This document shows positions 22,236 to 31,604 of a DNA stretch of 64,000 bases, one piece after another. Origin of the DNA: Methanocellales archaeon. GTDB lineage: Archaea > Halobacteriota > UBA148 > JAUWXC01. A program made the position numbers and the translations under genes. Numbering within the stretch: the stretch's first letter is position 1; the number at the start of each line of letters is the position of its first letter. The notes beneath the pieces were generated by a model. It saw only the letters and a list, made by a program, of their open reading frames with translations, searched no databases and had not been told where the DNA came from. The stretch lies in the NCBI GenBank assembly GCA_030610945.1, contig JAUWQV010000005.1:7321-71320 (forward strand), read 5' to 3'.

Positions 22236-22534
22236 TTAACCTCTTCTCCTATCCATTTTAAAAACTCTTTAGAACCATCGATTTTGAACGAAATGATGCA
22301 CGGGACATCATAACTGTGCAACTCTTTCACCTTGTTCTCTACTTTCTTGACATTCTTGGTCATCGTCTTCACGATCAGCGCAATCTCCTTTTCCTCTTGC
22401 AGCCCATTCCAGTGGTAGATCGAGGTTATCGGAAACACGTTCACGCATGCGGCAAGCCTCTCTTCTACCAAGATGCGGGCGATGCGCTTCGCTTCATCCA
22501 ACTTGCTCGTGGTTATATATACCACTGAGAACAA
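22232..22534 (-). CDS. cutA: Divalent-cation tolerance protein CutA
   Basis: VYITTSKLDEAKRIARILVEERLAACVNVFPITSIYHWNGLQEEKEIALIVKT. Confidence 0.85.
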   Translation of the reverse strand: MFSVVYITTSKLDEAKRIARILVEERLAACVNVFPITSIYHWNGLQEEKEIALIVKTMTKNVKKVENKVKELHSYDVPCIISFKIDGSKEFLKWIGEEVK

Positions 22535-22591
22535 TTTCAGTCACCACCTATAATATGAAGGGACATAAAATAACTTTGTGGAGGGCATCGA

Positions 22592-24229
22592 TTGAATTCT
22601 ACGCTACTGGTACTGGCGATTTTCGGCATATATTGGGCCATCATATCAGTCCTTGACAAAAAAGGCGTGCTGGAGCGGCACAACATCCGTGCGCACGGTC
22701 CACTGCTTATGATTAGCACGAAAAAAGGACAGAAACTGTTGGAGCGCTTAGCTAAGCCCAAACGGTTCTGGAGATTTTTTGCAGGTGCAGGGCAACCGCT
22801 GATGTTGATCGCGATGTGCTTCATGTTTGCGGTGCTGCTTTACTCAGATTATCTGATGTTTGTCCATCCCATTCTTCCTTCAGCGCTCACTAAACCAAGA
22901 AACATCCTCCTTTTACCCGGCATAAATGAGTTCATTCCCTTTATATGGGGTCTGGTTGGGCTAATCGTTGCGGTAGTAGTCCATGAATTCGCTCATGCTA
23001 TCCTTGGCAGGGTGGAAAGTATCAGGGTAAAATCCATGGGCATTGTGCTGGCGCTGATACCAATCGGATTTTTTACTGAGCTTGATAATGAGCAGTTGTT
23101 CGGGATAAAGGAAACCGGCGAGAAAGTCAAGCCAACTGCCACGAGAGATGAAAGAGTTCGCATTCTTACCGCCGGCGTCACGGCCAATTTCATCGTAGCA
23201 CTTATCACATTCACACTCTTTTTTGGACTCATTCTGGGGGCAATTGCACCAGTGGGTAACGTGATGGTTACCGACGTAATGGCAGGCTCACCTGCTGACT
23301 TGGCTGGAATCCAACAGGGGGCAATAATAACCCAACTGGATGAGGTTGAAATAACGGGCATCCACGACGTTTATAGTTTCATGCAATCTATTCGGCCAAG
23401 AGATACGATTACGGTTCATGTAGTGGATAATGGTGCGAGTAAAACGCTTGACATCTACGCTTCACAGGGCATCAAATTTGGTGTGGGGATCATCGACGTA
23501 ATTGATGGGTATCCTGCTAAAGACGCAGGCATAGCACCGGGCATGAGAATCATCAGAATAAACAACATGCCCACTACTACCTTGGATTTGTTCATGACTT
23601 CCATGAATGCTACTCATCCAGGTCAGACTGTTAATGTATGGGTCATTGACGATGATACAGAAAAAGTCTTTAACGTTACGCTGGCTGAGCCGCCACACGA
23701 AGGTATGAAAAAGGGATTTCTTGGCGTCACTGTCATGCCTTTTGTGGATCTCTTGGGGGCACAACTCGGCGAGTACCCGGCTGACGGCATGCTCACATTC
23801 CTACGGTCGATACCATTGATGCTGAACAAACCACTTGGATGGATAACTTTGGTCTCTTTGCCATTTATAGGGCTAATCGGCTCGAAATTCAGTGGATTTA
23901 CGTTTCCAATTATGCAGTTTTATCAGCCGGTTGGATGGGCGCTGCCATTGGGAAATACAATCTTCTGGATTGCAAATCTGGTATTCTGGGTTGCGTGGAT
24001 TAATTTCTATCTCGGATTGTTCAACTGCCTGCCAGCAGTGCCTCTGGATGGCGGACATGTGTTCAGGGAGATGGCCATATCCACAGTGAGTCACATCACG
24101 AAAAATAAAAAAAGACAGGAGAAAATATCAAATTTCATAGTTAACGGACTGGCGTTATTAATTCTTGCATCATTCATATTCCTGTTTATAGGGCCTTACC
24201 TGATGCATGGGATGCATGCCGTCATATAG
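22592..24229 (+). CDS. Site-2 protease (peptidase M50) with PDZ domains
   Basis: HEFAHAILG (HExxH) and [14 protein letters not shown] (NxxPxxxLDG). Two PDZ-like segments ([16 protein letters not shown]; [15 protein letters not shown]). TTG start. Confidence 0.85.
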   Translation: MNSTLLVLAIFGIYWAIISVLDKKGVLERHNIRAHGPLLMISTKKGQKLLERLAKPKRFWRFFAGAGQPLMLIAMCFMFAVLLYSDYLMFVHPILPSALTKPRNILLLPGINEFIPFIWGLVGLIVAVVVHEFAHAILGRVESIRVKSMGIVLALIPIGFFTELDNEQLFGIKETGEKVKPTATRDERVRILTAGVTANFIVALITFTLFFGLILGAIAPVGNVMVTDVMAGSPADLAGIQQGAIITQLDEVEITGIHDVYSFMQSIRPRDTITVHVVDNGASKTLDIYASQGIKFGVGIIDVIDGYPAKDAGIAPGMRIIRINNMPTTTLDLFMTSMNATHPGQTVNVWVIDDDTEKVFNVTLAEPPHEGMKKGFLGVTVMPFVDLLGAQLGEYPADGMLTFLRSIPLMLNKPLGWITLVSLPFIGLIGSKFSGFTFPIMQFYQPVGWALPLGNTIFWIANLVFWVAWINFYLGLFNCLPAVPLDGGHVFREMAISTVSHITKNKKRQEKISNFIVNGLALLILASFIFLFIGPYLMHGMHAVI

Positions 24230-25091
24230 GCGTTCCATCAGTTTTAGTCAATTTCTTAAACTCTGCCATGAGCTGCTTTGTTATCCTGCCGGGTTTGCCA
24301 TCCCCTATGGTCCGCCCGTCTACTTTCGTGATTGGCCCTACTTCTGCCGCCGTTCCGGTAACAAATATTTCATCAGCAGTATAGAGGTCGTATAATCCAC
24401 AGTTCTTCTCCTCGACGACATAGCCTAGCTTCCTTGCGGCATCGATTACAGCTGCCCTTGTAATTCCTTTAAGATTGTTTATCGTGGGCGGCGTTATGAT
24501 GCGCCCTTTCTTGATCAAAAAAATATTGTCGCCAGTGCCCTCTGAGACACAACCGTGAATATCGAACATAATCGCTTCATCCCCGCCCTTCTCATTCGCT
24601 TCGATTTTCGCGAGGATGTTGTTGAGATAGTTCAATGACTTGATGTTTGGGGGGAGGCATTCTGGCGGGTTGCGGCGCACCCCCACGGTCACTGCCGTTA
24701 ACCCTCTTTCATACAACTCTCCGTATAATGCGCCCCACTCCTGGGCGATGATGATTACGTTCGGCTTTGGGCATTTTCTTGGGTCAAGCCCAAGGTCGCC
24801 GATACCCCGTGATACAATCGGACGAATATATGCATTTTCTAGGCCATTCTTTCTGAGGCATTCTAAGATGGCTGCCTTCATATCTCCCTTTGACAAAGGT
24901 ATTTTCAGGCATATTACACTAGCAGAATTATACAGGCGGTCGACGTGCTCATTCAATTTGAATACCTTGCCATGGTATGCACGAATTCCCTCAAATACGC
25001 CATCACCATAAAGAAACCCGTGGTCAAAAACTGATACCTTAGCCTCTTCCTTTGGAACAAACTCACCATTTATGTAAATAAGCCCAGACAT
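24222..25091 (-). CDS. ilvE: Branched-chain amino-acid aminotransferase
   Basis: [18 protein letters not shown]...[15 protein letters not shown]...EGTGDNIF...TPP...LKGITR. Confidence 0.9.
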   Translation of the reverse strand: MSGLIYINGEFVPKEEAKVSVFDHGFLYGDGVFEGIRAYHGKVFKLNEHVDRLYNSASVICLKIPLSKGDMKAAILECLRKNGLENAYIRPIVSRGIGDLGLDPRKCPKPNVIIIAQEWGALYGELYERGLTAVTVGVRRNPPECLPPNIKSLNYLNNILAKIEANEKGGDEAIMFDIHGCVSEGTGDNIFLIKKGRIITPPTINNLKGITRAAVIDAARKLGYVVEEKNCGLYDLYTADEIFVTGTAAEVGPITKVDGRTIGDGKPGRITKQLMAEFKKLTKTDGTPI

Positions 25092-25147
25092 ACAAATGTC
25101 ACCTCTTTACCCTCTCCTCAAAAGGATATATGTGTTATGATTTTTAC

Positions 25148-25846
25148 TCAGCAGTTGTATGCCTCTAAAATCTCGTTACCTTTGATAAAAACAAGTCCAT
25201 GGTTCTTGGCATAGCACCTAGCATCTTCTTTAGACAGCGCTCTTCCGCTCTCTGCATCTAGCATCTCACACATGACCGTTGCAGGCGTAATCCCAGCGAG
25301 TTCTGCTAGGGCAATCGATAGTTCAGTCTGGCCTTTTCTATCGCGAAGTAGGCCATTTGCTGCCCTCAACAATGGGACATGCCCGGGTGAGCGAAACTCC
25401 TTGCCAAAGTCGATCACAGTGCCGTTCATTGACAGTTTTACTGCCTTGCCAATCTCATTGATGGTCAGCGCCCTGTCAATATCCGTTATGCCAGTAAAGG
25501 TTTTCCTGTGATTGACCCAGAGCGAGAATGACGAATTTCTGTCATATGGGATATCGCCTGGCTTTTCTGCTACTTCCGCAACGTCAAAGCCATTGCCGCT
25601 TGCGTATCTCAACAGGTCTGATGCGAATGGTAGCCTGAGCCGCTCCGCTGCGATAGGATGGACTGCAACGCATATCAACCCGCCCGCATCCCTTCGCATT
25701 AGAGCTACGTCTTTGGGGGTTACAGCCTGTGCCGGCATCACAATATCAGTCTCGCTCTCCCTTTCATCGGAATCATATATCAGGACCATGCTACCTCTTT
25801 TCACGGATGCAACTGCCTTGTATACGTTTTCATTTTTATGTTTCAT
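25148..25846 (-). CDS. ribB: 3,4-dihydroxy-2-butanone-4-phosphate synthase
   Basis: MVLIYDSDERESETDIVMPAQAVTP...MRRDAGGLICVA...GHVPLLRA...RKGQTELSIALAELAG. Confidence 0.9.
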   Translation of the reverse strand: MKHKNENVYKAVASVKRGSMVLIYDSDERESETDIVMPAQAVTPKDVALMRRDAGGLICVAVHPIAAERLRLPFASDLLRYASGNGFDVAEVAEKPGDIPYDRNSSFSLWVNHRKTFTGITDIDRALTINEIGKAVKLSMNGTVIDFGKEFRSPGHVPLLRAANGLLRDRKGQTELSIALAELAGITPATVMCEMLDAESGRALSKEDARCYAKNHGLVFIKGNEILEAYNC

Positions 25847-26502
25847 AAGATGACCCTCACGCTAATTTTGTCCCCGTCCTTCAGCCTAAGCGCTTTTCTA
25901 AGATTTTTGGGTGCGATAACTTCCAATATGTCAGCAGGATAGTGCGACCTGTCTGGAAGTATGGCGGCACCTTTCACTTTTTCAATCATGGCTCTAAAGC
26001 ACTTGCCCCCGCCAAACGTCCTTTGCTGCGAGTTAAAACCATGAATAGGGATGCCCTCGTCTTCATCTAATTTCTTCCTGAGGACGGCACTAGTATCGTC
26101 CAGTATGAGGTTCAACGTGCCTGGGTGTGGTGTGAATCCCACTTTGTCTTTGAACTGCGTTCTGTACCCTTCCAGCGACATGTAGTATTGCCCCTCTCCA
26201 AGACCGGTTATCACCTCGCCCCTCAGCACAACCTCATTCTTAATCGGTTCAAAAATCTTTTGATATCCATAATACTCGTTTCTCAACACATCCTTCCCAC
26301 TTTTGGTGATCGTGATGCGCTGTCCCCCTGCCGGGAGAATGGTCCTGGAAATCAATCCTTCTTGCTCTAAAGATTGCAATCGCCGTGAAGCGGTCTGGAC
26401 GCTCGATGATATGTGCTTGGCGAAGCTGGATGACGATAGTTGAATTGGGCCTTTGGTGGCACCCAACAATGCCAGTTTTTTGAGCGCATTGGTATTTGTC
26501 AT
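25843..26502 (-). CDS. ribK: CTP-dependent riboflavin kinase fused to an N-terminal wHTH (RbkR-type architecture)
   Basis: The N-terminus has HTH character (LALLGATKGPIQLSSSSFAKHISSSVQTASRRLQSLEQEGLISR). The C-terminus reads GEVITGLGEGQYYMSLEGYRTQF...GFTPHPGTLNL. The ATG at 26502 (preceded by GAGGAG) is preferred over 26532. Confidence 0.8.
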   Translation of the reverse strand: MTNTNALKKLALLGATKGPIQLSSSSFAKHISSSVQTASRRLQSLEQEGLISRTILPAGGQRITITKSGKDVLRNEYYGYQKIFEPIKNEVVLRGEVITGLGEGQYYMSLEGYRTQFKDKVGFTPHPGTLNLILDDTSAVLRKKLDEDEGIPIHGFNSQQRTFGGGKCFRAMIEKVKGAAILPDRSHYPADILEVIAPKNLRKALRLKDGDKISVRVIL

Positions 26503-26619
26503 ATGTCTCCTCAATATTGATATGCTTCTCAATATTGAACACTAGTATTTTAAGGCTTTTGGTATATTGCCCTATCGGCCACGACTTTTTGAGCCTCAAG
26601 AAGTGATGCCGTATCGCTG

Positions 26620-27330
26620 TTAAAAACGTCGCCTCCCATACAAGTGCCTTAGGCTCAAACCAAGATATTTTAGCCCAGATCCTATCTGCTTGAATCTGTT
26701 GCATACACTGAACTTGCTCTTTCCTGTTCTTTTTCTGATGCTTACTGGTATCTCTCCTATTTTCAATCCAAGTCGCCACGCATTGTACAGCATATCATAT
26801 TCAATATCAAAACCACTCGCTGCCAAGTGTGGCAGAATCTTCTCGACCGCCTCTCTGGTGAATAGCCAATAACCAGTCTGGATATCAGATAGTTTCTGCT
26901 TGTATAGGTACGCCACTATGCCAGATGTGAGGCAGTTGATGAAAAGTGAAAACTCGCCAAGGTAATGCAGTTGCATAACCCTGTCGCGGCCGCCCAACAC
27001 TACATCAAAATTTTCATCCTTCAGCGCCTGAAGCATTCTTGTCATTTCTTTAGGGTCACAGGTATAATCTGCATCAATAATACCAAGACAATCACAATCC
27101 GTCTTCAAGAACTCTTCCATGGCAGTCTTAATGCCGCACCCCTTGCCCCTGCCATACCTCTGGGTGACAAATCGCCAACTATGCTCCAGTGCAACATCCT
27201 TCGTTCCATCTGTAGAGTGCCCGTCTACTACCAACACCTCAAATTCGTCGGGGATTTCATTTGCTAGTGCCTTTAGCGCCCCCTCTTCATTTAGGGTTGG
27301 TAACAATAGTAGTAACTTCATTTCACTCAA
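26620..27330 (-). CDS. Family-2 glycosyltransferase (Dol-P-sugar synthase-like)
   Basis: LLLLPTLNEEGAL...VVDGHSTDGTKD...IIDADYTCDP. Overlaps the sepS stop by 8 nt. Confidence 0.8.
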   Translation of the reverse strand: MSEMKLLLLLPTLNEEGALKALANEIPDEFEVLVVDGHSTDGTKDVALEHSWRFVTQRYGRGKGCGIKTAMEEFLKTDCDCLGIIDADYTCDPKEMTRMLQALKDENFDVVLGGRDRVMQLHYLGEFSLFINCLTSGIVAYLYKQKLSDIQTGYWLFTREAVEKILPHLAASGFDIEYDMLYNAWRLGLKIGEIPVSIRKRTGKSKFSVCNRFKQIGSGLKYLGLSLRHLYGRRRF

Positions 27331-28870
27331 CCTTGACAGTGGTAAACACAGGACCTCTTATGTCTATCTTTTTATTATTGCTCTGAATATATCTGAGCGC
27401 AATCGCTCCTATCTTTACATTTACGTCGCTCAGCGCCTCCGCTATCTTTATCTTGGTAGTCTTTTCTCCACGCTCGATTTCATGGGCTGCCAGCGCGGCA
27501 AATCCATCGATAAACCTGATGCTAGTGTGAACGCCCTTGCTGCGAATTTCATCAAATTTTTTTGTTTGCGGAAGACCGATGACATCGCCTTGATACACTA
27601 TAATCTCATTGAGAAATGCCGGTCCGCAGAGTTTTGTGTTTTCCTCCTCTTCTACAACATATGCCACTGCATCATTGCCTCTAATCTTGCCCCTCCATGC
27701 CTCAAATCTACATGGAGATGGCGCATTGCCGTATTTCTCACACGTTTTGACAATTGCCTCTGCGATTTCCTTTCCTGCAGGCGTCTTTGGCTTTTTGTCA
27801 ATATCAATCATGGCAGCGATTTTTTCATCACTCAGGGTTAATTCTGTATATAACTCTGGAAAATGGACTTCTCTGACGTCATCAATACCCTCGGATATCA
27901 TAACCATTCTTCCCAGACCAGGACCGGAATTAAAGACCGGGTATACAATGTCATAATTGGCAAGTGCAACTGGCGAATACATGCCAATCTCGGTAACCTC
28001 AATCCATCCCTGTTTTGGGTGTTTTACGAAGACCTCATAGTTGGTGCCAGGTGCATAATAGGCGGGTGCACTCGGCTTCTTCCTAAATTCTATTTTACTA
28101 TACCCCATCCTTTTGAAAAACTCTTCCGTGATATATTTCCCATCCGCTATTGTAAAATCTTTATCCATAACGACCATGCTCAGGTTGTAATGCACCCTCA
28201 TGTGTGTCGGGTCCTCTCTTTGCTCCCTCCTGAAGCGCCATCCGAGGGTGAATAACATTACTGGCAAATCCCTTTTACCCTGAATCGCTTGAAGCGTTGG
28301 GAACCATGCCGTTGTCAGGTGTGATACCAGTGTCAGGGTAGACGGCTCTGGCTTGACCTCTTTTAACTCTGAAAAGACATCGTTGATTAAAAAATACGCA
28401 TCTTCGGTCTTTATGTTTAGCCCGGTAACCAGCGCCTCTGTAAAATCTTCCCCGGCTTCTATCTTCCCTCTTTTGTAATCCTTCAAGATGTCCTGAAGTT
28501 TTTTGAACTTGTTGAAGTCCTTGATCCTGCGCTTGATCAATTTCTTCTTCTCATCAGATAGACCGATGTCCGGTCTTGGAAGCGTTGCGAGATAATAAAG
28601 TCTATCTAAGATTGCTGGCGCCTCGGGTCCATACTGGAGCTTGACGTGTTGCTCATCCCAGACCGGCTTCAGCATAACCTCATCAAAGCCCATATCGAGA
28701 AGTATGTTGCGCACCCTCTCAGAATATGTTGTCAATAGGTGTTTCTTCCCTTCTCTCTTCGGCATAACAAATTTTCTGCCCTCTCCATCAACAAGGCTGG
28801 CCGTTTCTTTCCATGTGCTCTCAAAATCCTTTTTAGCCCTCTCTTTGATTTCAGCAGGATTGAATCTCAT
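27323..28870 (-). CDS. sepS: O-phosphoseryl-tRNA(Cys) ligase (SepRS)
   Basis: N-terminus MRFNPAEIKERAKKDFESTWKET. The length (515 aa) and class II PheRS-like core resemble methanogen SepRS as I recall it. Confidence 0.9.
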   Translation of the reverse strand: MRFNPAEIKERAKKDFESTWKETASLVDGEGRKFVMPKREGKKHLLTTYSERVRNILLDMGFDEVMLKPVWDEQHVKLQYGPEAPAILDRLYYLATLPRPDIGLSDEKKKLIKRRIKDFNKFKKLQDILKDYKRGKIEAGEDFTEALVTGLNIKTEDAYFLINDVFSELKEVKPEPSTLTLVSHLTTAWFPTLQAIQGKRDLPVMLFTLGWRFRREQREDPTHMRVHYNLSMVVMDKDFTIADGKYITEEFFKRMGYSKIEFRKKPSAPAYYAPGTNYEVFVKHPKQGWIEVTEIGMYSPVALANYDIVYPVFNSGPGLGRMVMISEGIDDVREVHFPELYTELTLSDEKIAAMIDIDKKPKTPAGKEIAEAIVKTCEKYGNAPSPCRFEAWRGKIRGNDAVAYVVEEEENTKLCGPAFLNEIIVYQGDVIGLPQTKKFDEIRSKGVHTSIRFIDGFAALAAHEIERGEKTTKIKIAEALSDVNVKIGAIALRYIQSNNKKIDIRGPVFTTVKVE

Positions 28871-28978
28871 AGTTGTTATAAGAATGTCGAGGACTTTATT
28901 TAACTTATCTATGTTGATTGCCGTTAACTCACGTCTTTATATATCAAGAAAAACACAATGTAAATTGGGTGAGGATTT

Positions 28979-29134
28979 ATGGCGAAGAAAACTACCAAGA
29001 AGACAACAAAGAAGAAAACAGCGTGCAAGAAAACCGCAAAGCCAAAGGTAGTGAAGGCGGAGGTCAAGAGGCCAGAAAGCAGAAAGCCAGAGGGGATTAT
29101 GGGGAAGATTAAGAAACTGTTTTGCAAAAAGTGA
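28979..29134 (+). CDS. Candidate small lysine-rich basic protein (51 aa)
   Basis: ATG preceded by GGGTGAGGA. MAKKTTKKTTKKKTACKKTAKPKVVKAEVKRPESRKPEGIMGKIKKLFCKK. Below the ORF-track length cut-off, and overlapping alternative frames also exist. Confidence 0.35.
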   Translation: MAKKTTKKTTKKKTACKKTAKPKVVKAEVKRPESRKPEGIMGKIKKLFCKK

Positions 29135-29259
29135 TTTAAAATCTTAAACCATCTTTAAAATTATGCGCAAATTAAAAATCTGCGTGACCTCCCAGACACC
29201 ATTGGTACGATTCAAACTGGACTCCACTGATTTGTACGATAAGTACGGTGAGTTTTCCC

Positions 29260-30324
29260 TTACTTATTAACAAAAATAGTTTGAGTTGGGTATGCCATTT
29301 CAATACCTTCTTTTTCAAACCGTTCTTTAATGGCGAGATTTATCTCCTGTTGGGTATCCATATACTTACTATACTCTCTGGATTTTAGGTAATACACTAC
29401 TTCGAAATTCAAACTAAAATCACCGAATTTATTGAAGTGTACCCTGTCGATATCTGCCAGTTCAATTTTATCTATAATATCCTTGATGATGCTGGGAATT
29501 TTTTTAACTTTTTCTGTGGGGGTTTCATATACGACGCCAAAACTAAAAACTATTCTCCTTTTTTCCATTTTCTTGTAATTATGTATTCGTGTCTCTGTCA
29601 ATTCCTTGTTAGATATTACAAGTTCTTCGCCCTGTAATGTTTGAATTCTGGTGGTTTTTATCCCGATCTTCTTCACCACTCCTGCATCATCTCCAACTAT
29701 GATGAAGTCTCCAATCTGGAAAGGCTTATCAAAATATATAGAAAAAGAGGAAAAAATATCAGTTAAAATATTTTGCAATGCCAAAGCAATGGCTATTCCA
29801 CCGATGCCCAATCCCGCAATCAAAGTGGAAACATTGTATCCAAAATTCGACAAAATGAGTATTACTGCCACTACCCATAAGCAAGCCTTTAAAATTTTGC
29901 TTAAAAGATCAATGACCGAGGTATCAACTCCCTTCTCTTCTTTTTGTCTTTTCAATATTATTTTGCGTGCACCGTAATCGATCAGAGTTTGGAGACCTCT
30001 GATCACATAATAGGTGACGACAATAAAGGTTACATAATACACGCCCGTCTCTATAAAATTGGGTATCTGGATAAACTGCAGAGAGAGGCACAGAGCTGAC
30101 AACAGGTAAAAAGGCCAACCCACATCGTCGACAATCTTTATCAGCACATCGTCAAATTCTGTTTTGGTTTTAGCAGCTATGCTTTTCAGTTTACTAATTA
30201 TCACATATTTGAAAACCTTTAAAACGGTGGTTGCTAATACAAAAAACAATAAAGCCACTAAGTAATCTTTCACATAATTGTTTCCAAGTTGATATGCTAA
30301 AATTTCCATAAAATTGAACGCCAT
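29260..30324 (-). CDS. Mechanosensitive ion channel (MscS family)
   Basis: TM helices followed by FDKPFQIGDFIIVGDDAGVVKKIGIKTTRIQTLQGEELVISNKEL. Markedly AT-rich relative to neighbours. Confidence 0.85.
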   Translation of the reverse strand: MAFNFMEILAYQLGNNYVKDYLVALLFFVLATTVLKVFKYVIISKLKSIAAKTKTEFDDVLIKIVDDVGWPFYLLSALCLSLQFIQIPNFIETGVYYVTFIVVTYYVIRGLQTLIDYGARKIILKRQKEEKGVDTSVIDLLSKILKACLWVVAVILILSNFGYNVSTLIAGLGIGGIAIALALQNILTDIFSSFSIYFDKPFQIGDFIIVGDDAGVVKKIGIKTTRIQTLQGEELVISNKELTETRIHNYKKMEKRRIVFSFGVVYETPTEKVKKIPSIIKDIIDKIELADIDRVHFNKFGDFSLNFEVVYYLKSREYSKYMDTQQEINLAIKERFEKEGIEMAYPTQTIFVNK

Positions 30325-30414
30325 GATGGTGAAGTAAGTTAATTTTTAAACTATTTTATCCTTTTGCTGAAGTCATGATTCATACTCTCTGAAATGGGAT
30401 ATCGAGGTGCCCTG

Positions 30415-31335
30415 CTACTCTATCTTCTCGACTCTGCCATTTTTGGACAGGAGCACGACCCTGCTTATCTCTGCTTCGTCAGCGATTTCGTAGCCCAGTT
30501 CATCTGCCAAGCGCTCTGCGAATGAGTGCACAATGTCGTGAGATGGCATCGCACTTCTTGGAAGCCTTTGTCTGGAAAAGCCCAGGTGCATGTAGGCCTT
30601 CACTTCGACATAATCCGGCTCTGCTTTTTCTATAAGTTTGGCGTATTTCTCAGGGCTTTTGATGTTCAGCCCATCGACAAGAGTAACCCTGATTACTGTT
30701 CTGGTATCCTTGGTGCGCATAAGTTCAAGTGACTCGTTGATGTTATCCCATGTATCTCCAACCGGGTTGCACACCTCCATATATGTCTCTTTATCAAGAG
30801 CATCCAGTGATATATAAAGTTGCGTTGGGCTGATCCTTGCGACCATCTCTGGACGCGTCCCATTAGTCACGACAAACGTGGTCATGCCCCGCTTGTGAAA
30901 CGTTTTAATTAACTCTGGCAGATGTGGGTACAATGTAGGCTCTCCTATAAGCGATATTGCCGCATGCTTTGGTTTTTTCGCCTCTTCTAACTTCTGCAGA
31001 TTGGTAGTGGTCGCGCCCCCGTATCCTGACAGCAATATTGCGTGCTCTGTTAAACAGCCATCGACTATTGCCTCCGCCTCATCCCATTTGTGTTTTGGCA
31101 CGACCATCTCTATAGGGCGCCAGCAGAAAATACACCGCTGATTGCACGATAACGTCGGCGTCATCTGCATGCATCTGTGGGAGGAAATCCCATAAAACTT
31201 GGATTTGTAGCAGGCACCCTCATTCCTGAGCGATTTCCTGAGCCATAGGCAGGGCTTGACTGCGCTATGCCTGCCAACGATGTGATATCCCTGTTTCTTC
31301 AGTGTCGCAAACGGCCCAGCAATTTCCTCGTGCAG
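30415..31335 (-). CDS. taw1: tRNA 4-demethylwyosine synthase (radical SAM; Taw1/TYW1); start assigned to a non-canonical CTG
   Basis: The radical-SAM motif CNQRCIFCW lies after the track's ATG at 31170. The in-frame upstream sequence ...EEIAGPFATLKKQGYHIVGRHSAVKPCLWLRKSLRNEGACYKSKFYGISSHRC carries the three auxiliary-cluster cysteines that I recall in the M. jannaschii Taw1 N-terminus. Confidence 0.8.
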   Translation of the reverse strand: MHEEIAGPFATLKKQGYHIVGRHSAVKPCLWLRKSLRNEGACYKSKFYGISSHRCMQMTPTLSCNQRCIFCWRPIEMVVPKHKWDEAEAIVDGCLTEHAILLSGYGGATTTNLQKLEEAKKPKHAAISLIGEPTLYPHLPELIKTFHKRGMTTFVVTNGTRPEMVARISPTQLYISLDALDKETYMEVCNPVGDTWDNINESLELMRTKDTRTVIRVTLVDGLNIKSPEKYAKLIEKAEPDYVEVKAYMHLGFSRQRLPRSAMPSHDIVHSFAERLADELGYEIADEAEISRVVLLSKNGRVEKIE

Positions 31336-31604
31336 TCTACCACTTCCTTGGTTGAGAGTATGATGAACAGAGTCATAAATGTGACCAATGTGCGGAAGTT
31401 CAAACCTATGCTATTCTGCAGACTTAGGAGAAGAGATATAAAGGTCAGCACGATGACACTGATGCCAAAACTCACCACGATTTTTTCTTCTATTTCTAGC
31501 TCATCCAACATGTTCACTGTGCGCAAGAGATTGAAGCCGGGGGCTATGAGCAGGTACACAAACGAAACCGAAAATTTCAGTACATCGAGCGCTGTTATGT
31601 TCAT
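31299..31604 (-). CDS. Small membrane protein (3 TM)
   Basis: 101-aa hydrophobic ORF starting directly after the stop of the upstream 613-aa gene. Confidence 0.5.
   Translation of the reverse strand: MNITALDVLKFSVSFVYLLIAPGFNLLRTVNMLDELEIEEKIVVSFGISVIVLTFISLLLSLQNSIGLNFRTLVTFMTLFIILSTKEVVDCTRKLLGRLRH

Noticed and set aside
27119-27841. 240-aa plus-strand ORF spanning the GT2/sepS junction
   Set aside because: It is antisense to two well-supported genes, has no recognisable motifs and is Ser/Cys/Phe-rich, as is typical of shadow ORFs. The same reasoning applies to 8268..8723, 15565..16128, 17178..17771, 26249..26779, 35496..35969, 38019..38426, 40849..41388, 57667..58149, 58589..59035, 62681..63133 and 62853..63329.
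29163-29270. 35-aa ORF MRKLKICVTSQTPLVRFKLDSTDLYDKYGEFSLTY in the sepS-MscS gap
   Set aside because: It is short, has no convincing RBS and overlaps the MscS 3' end. It could be a gene remnant, but I cannot support it.
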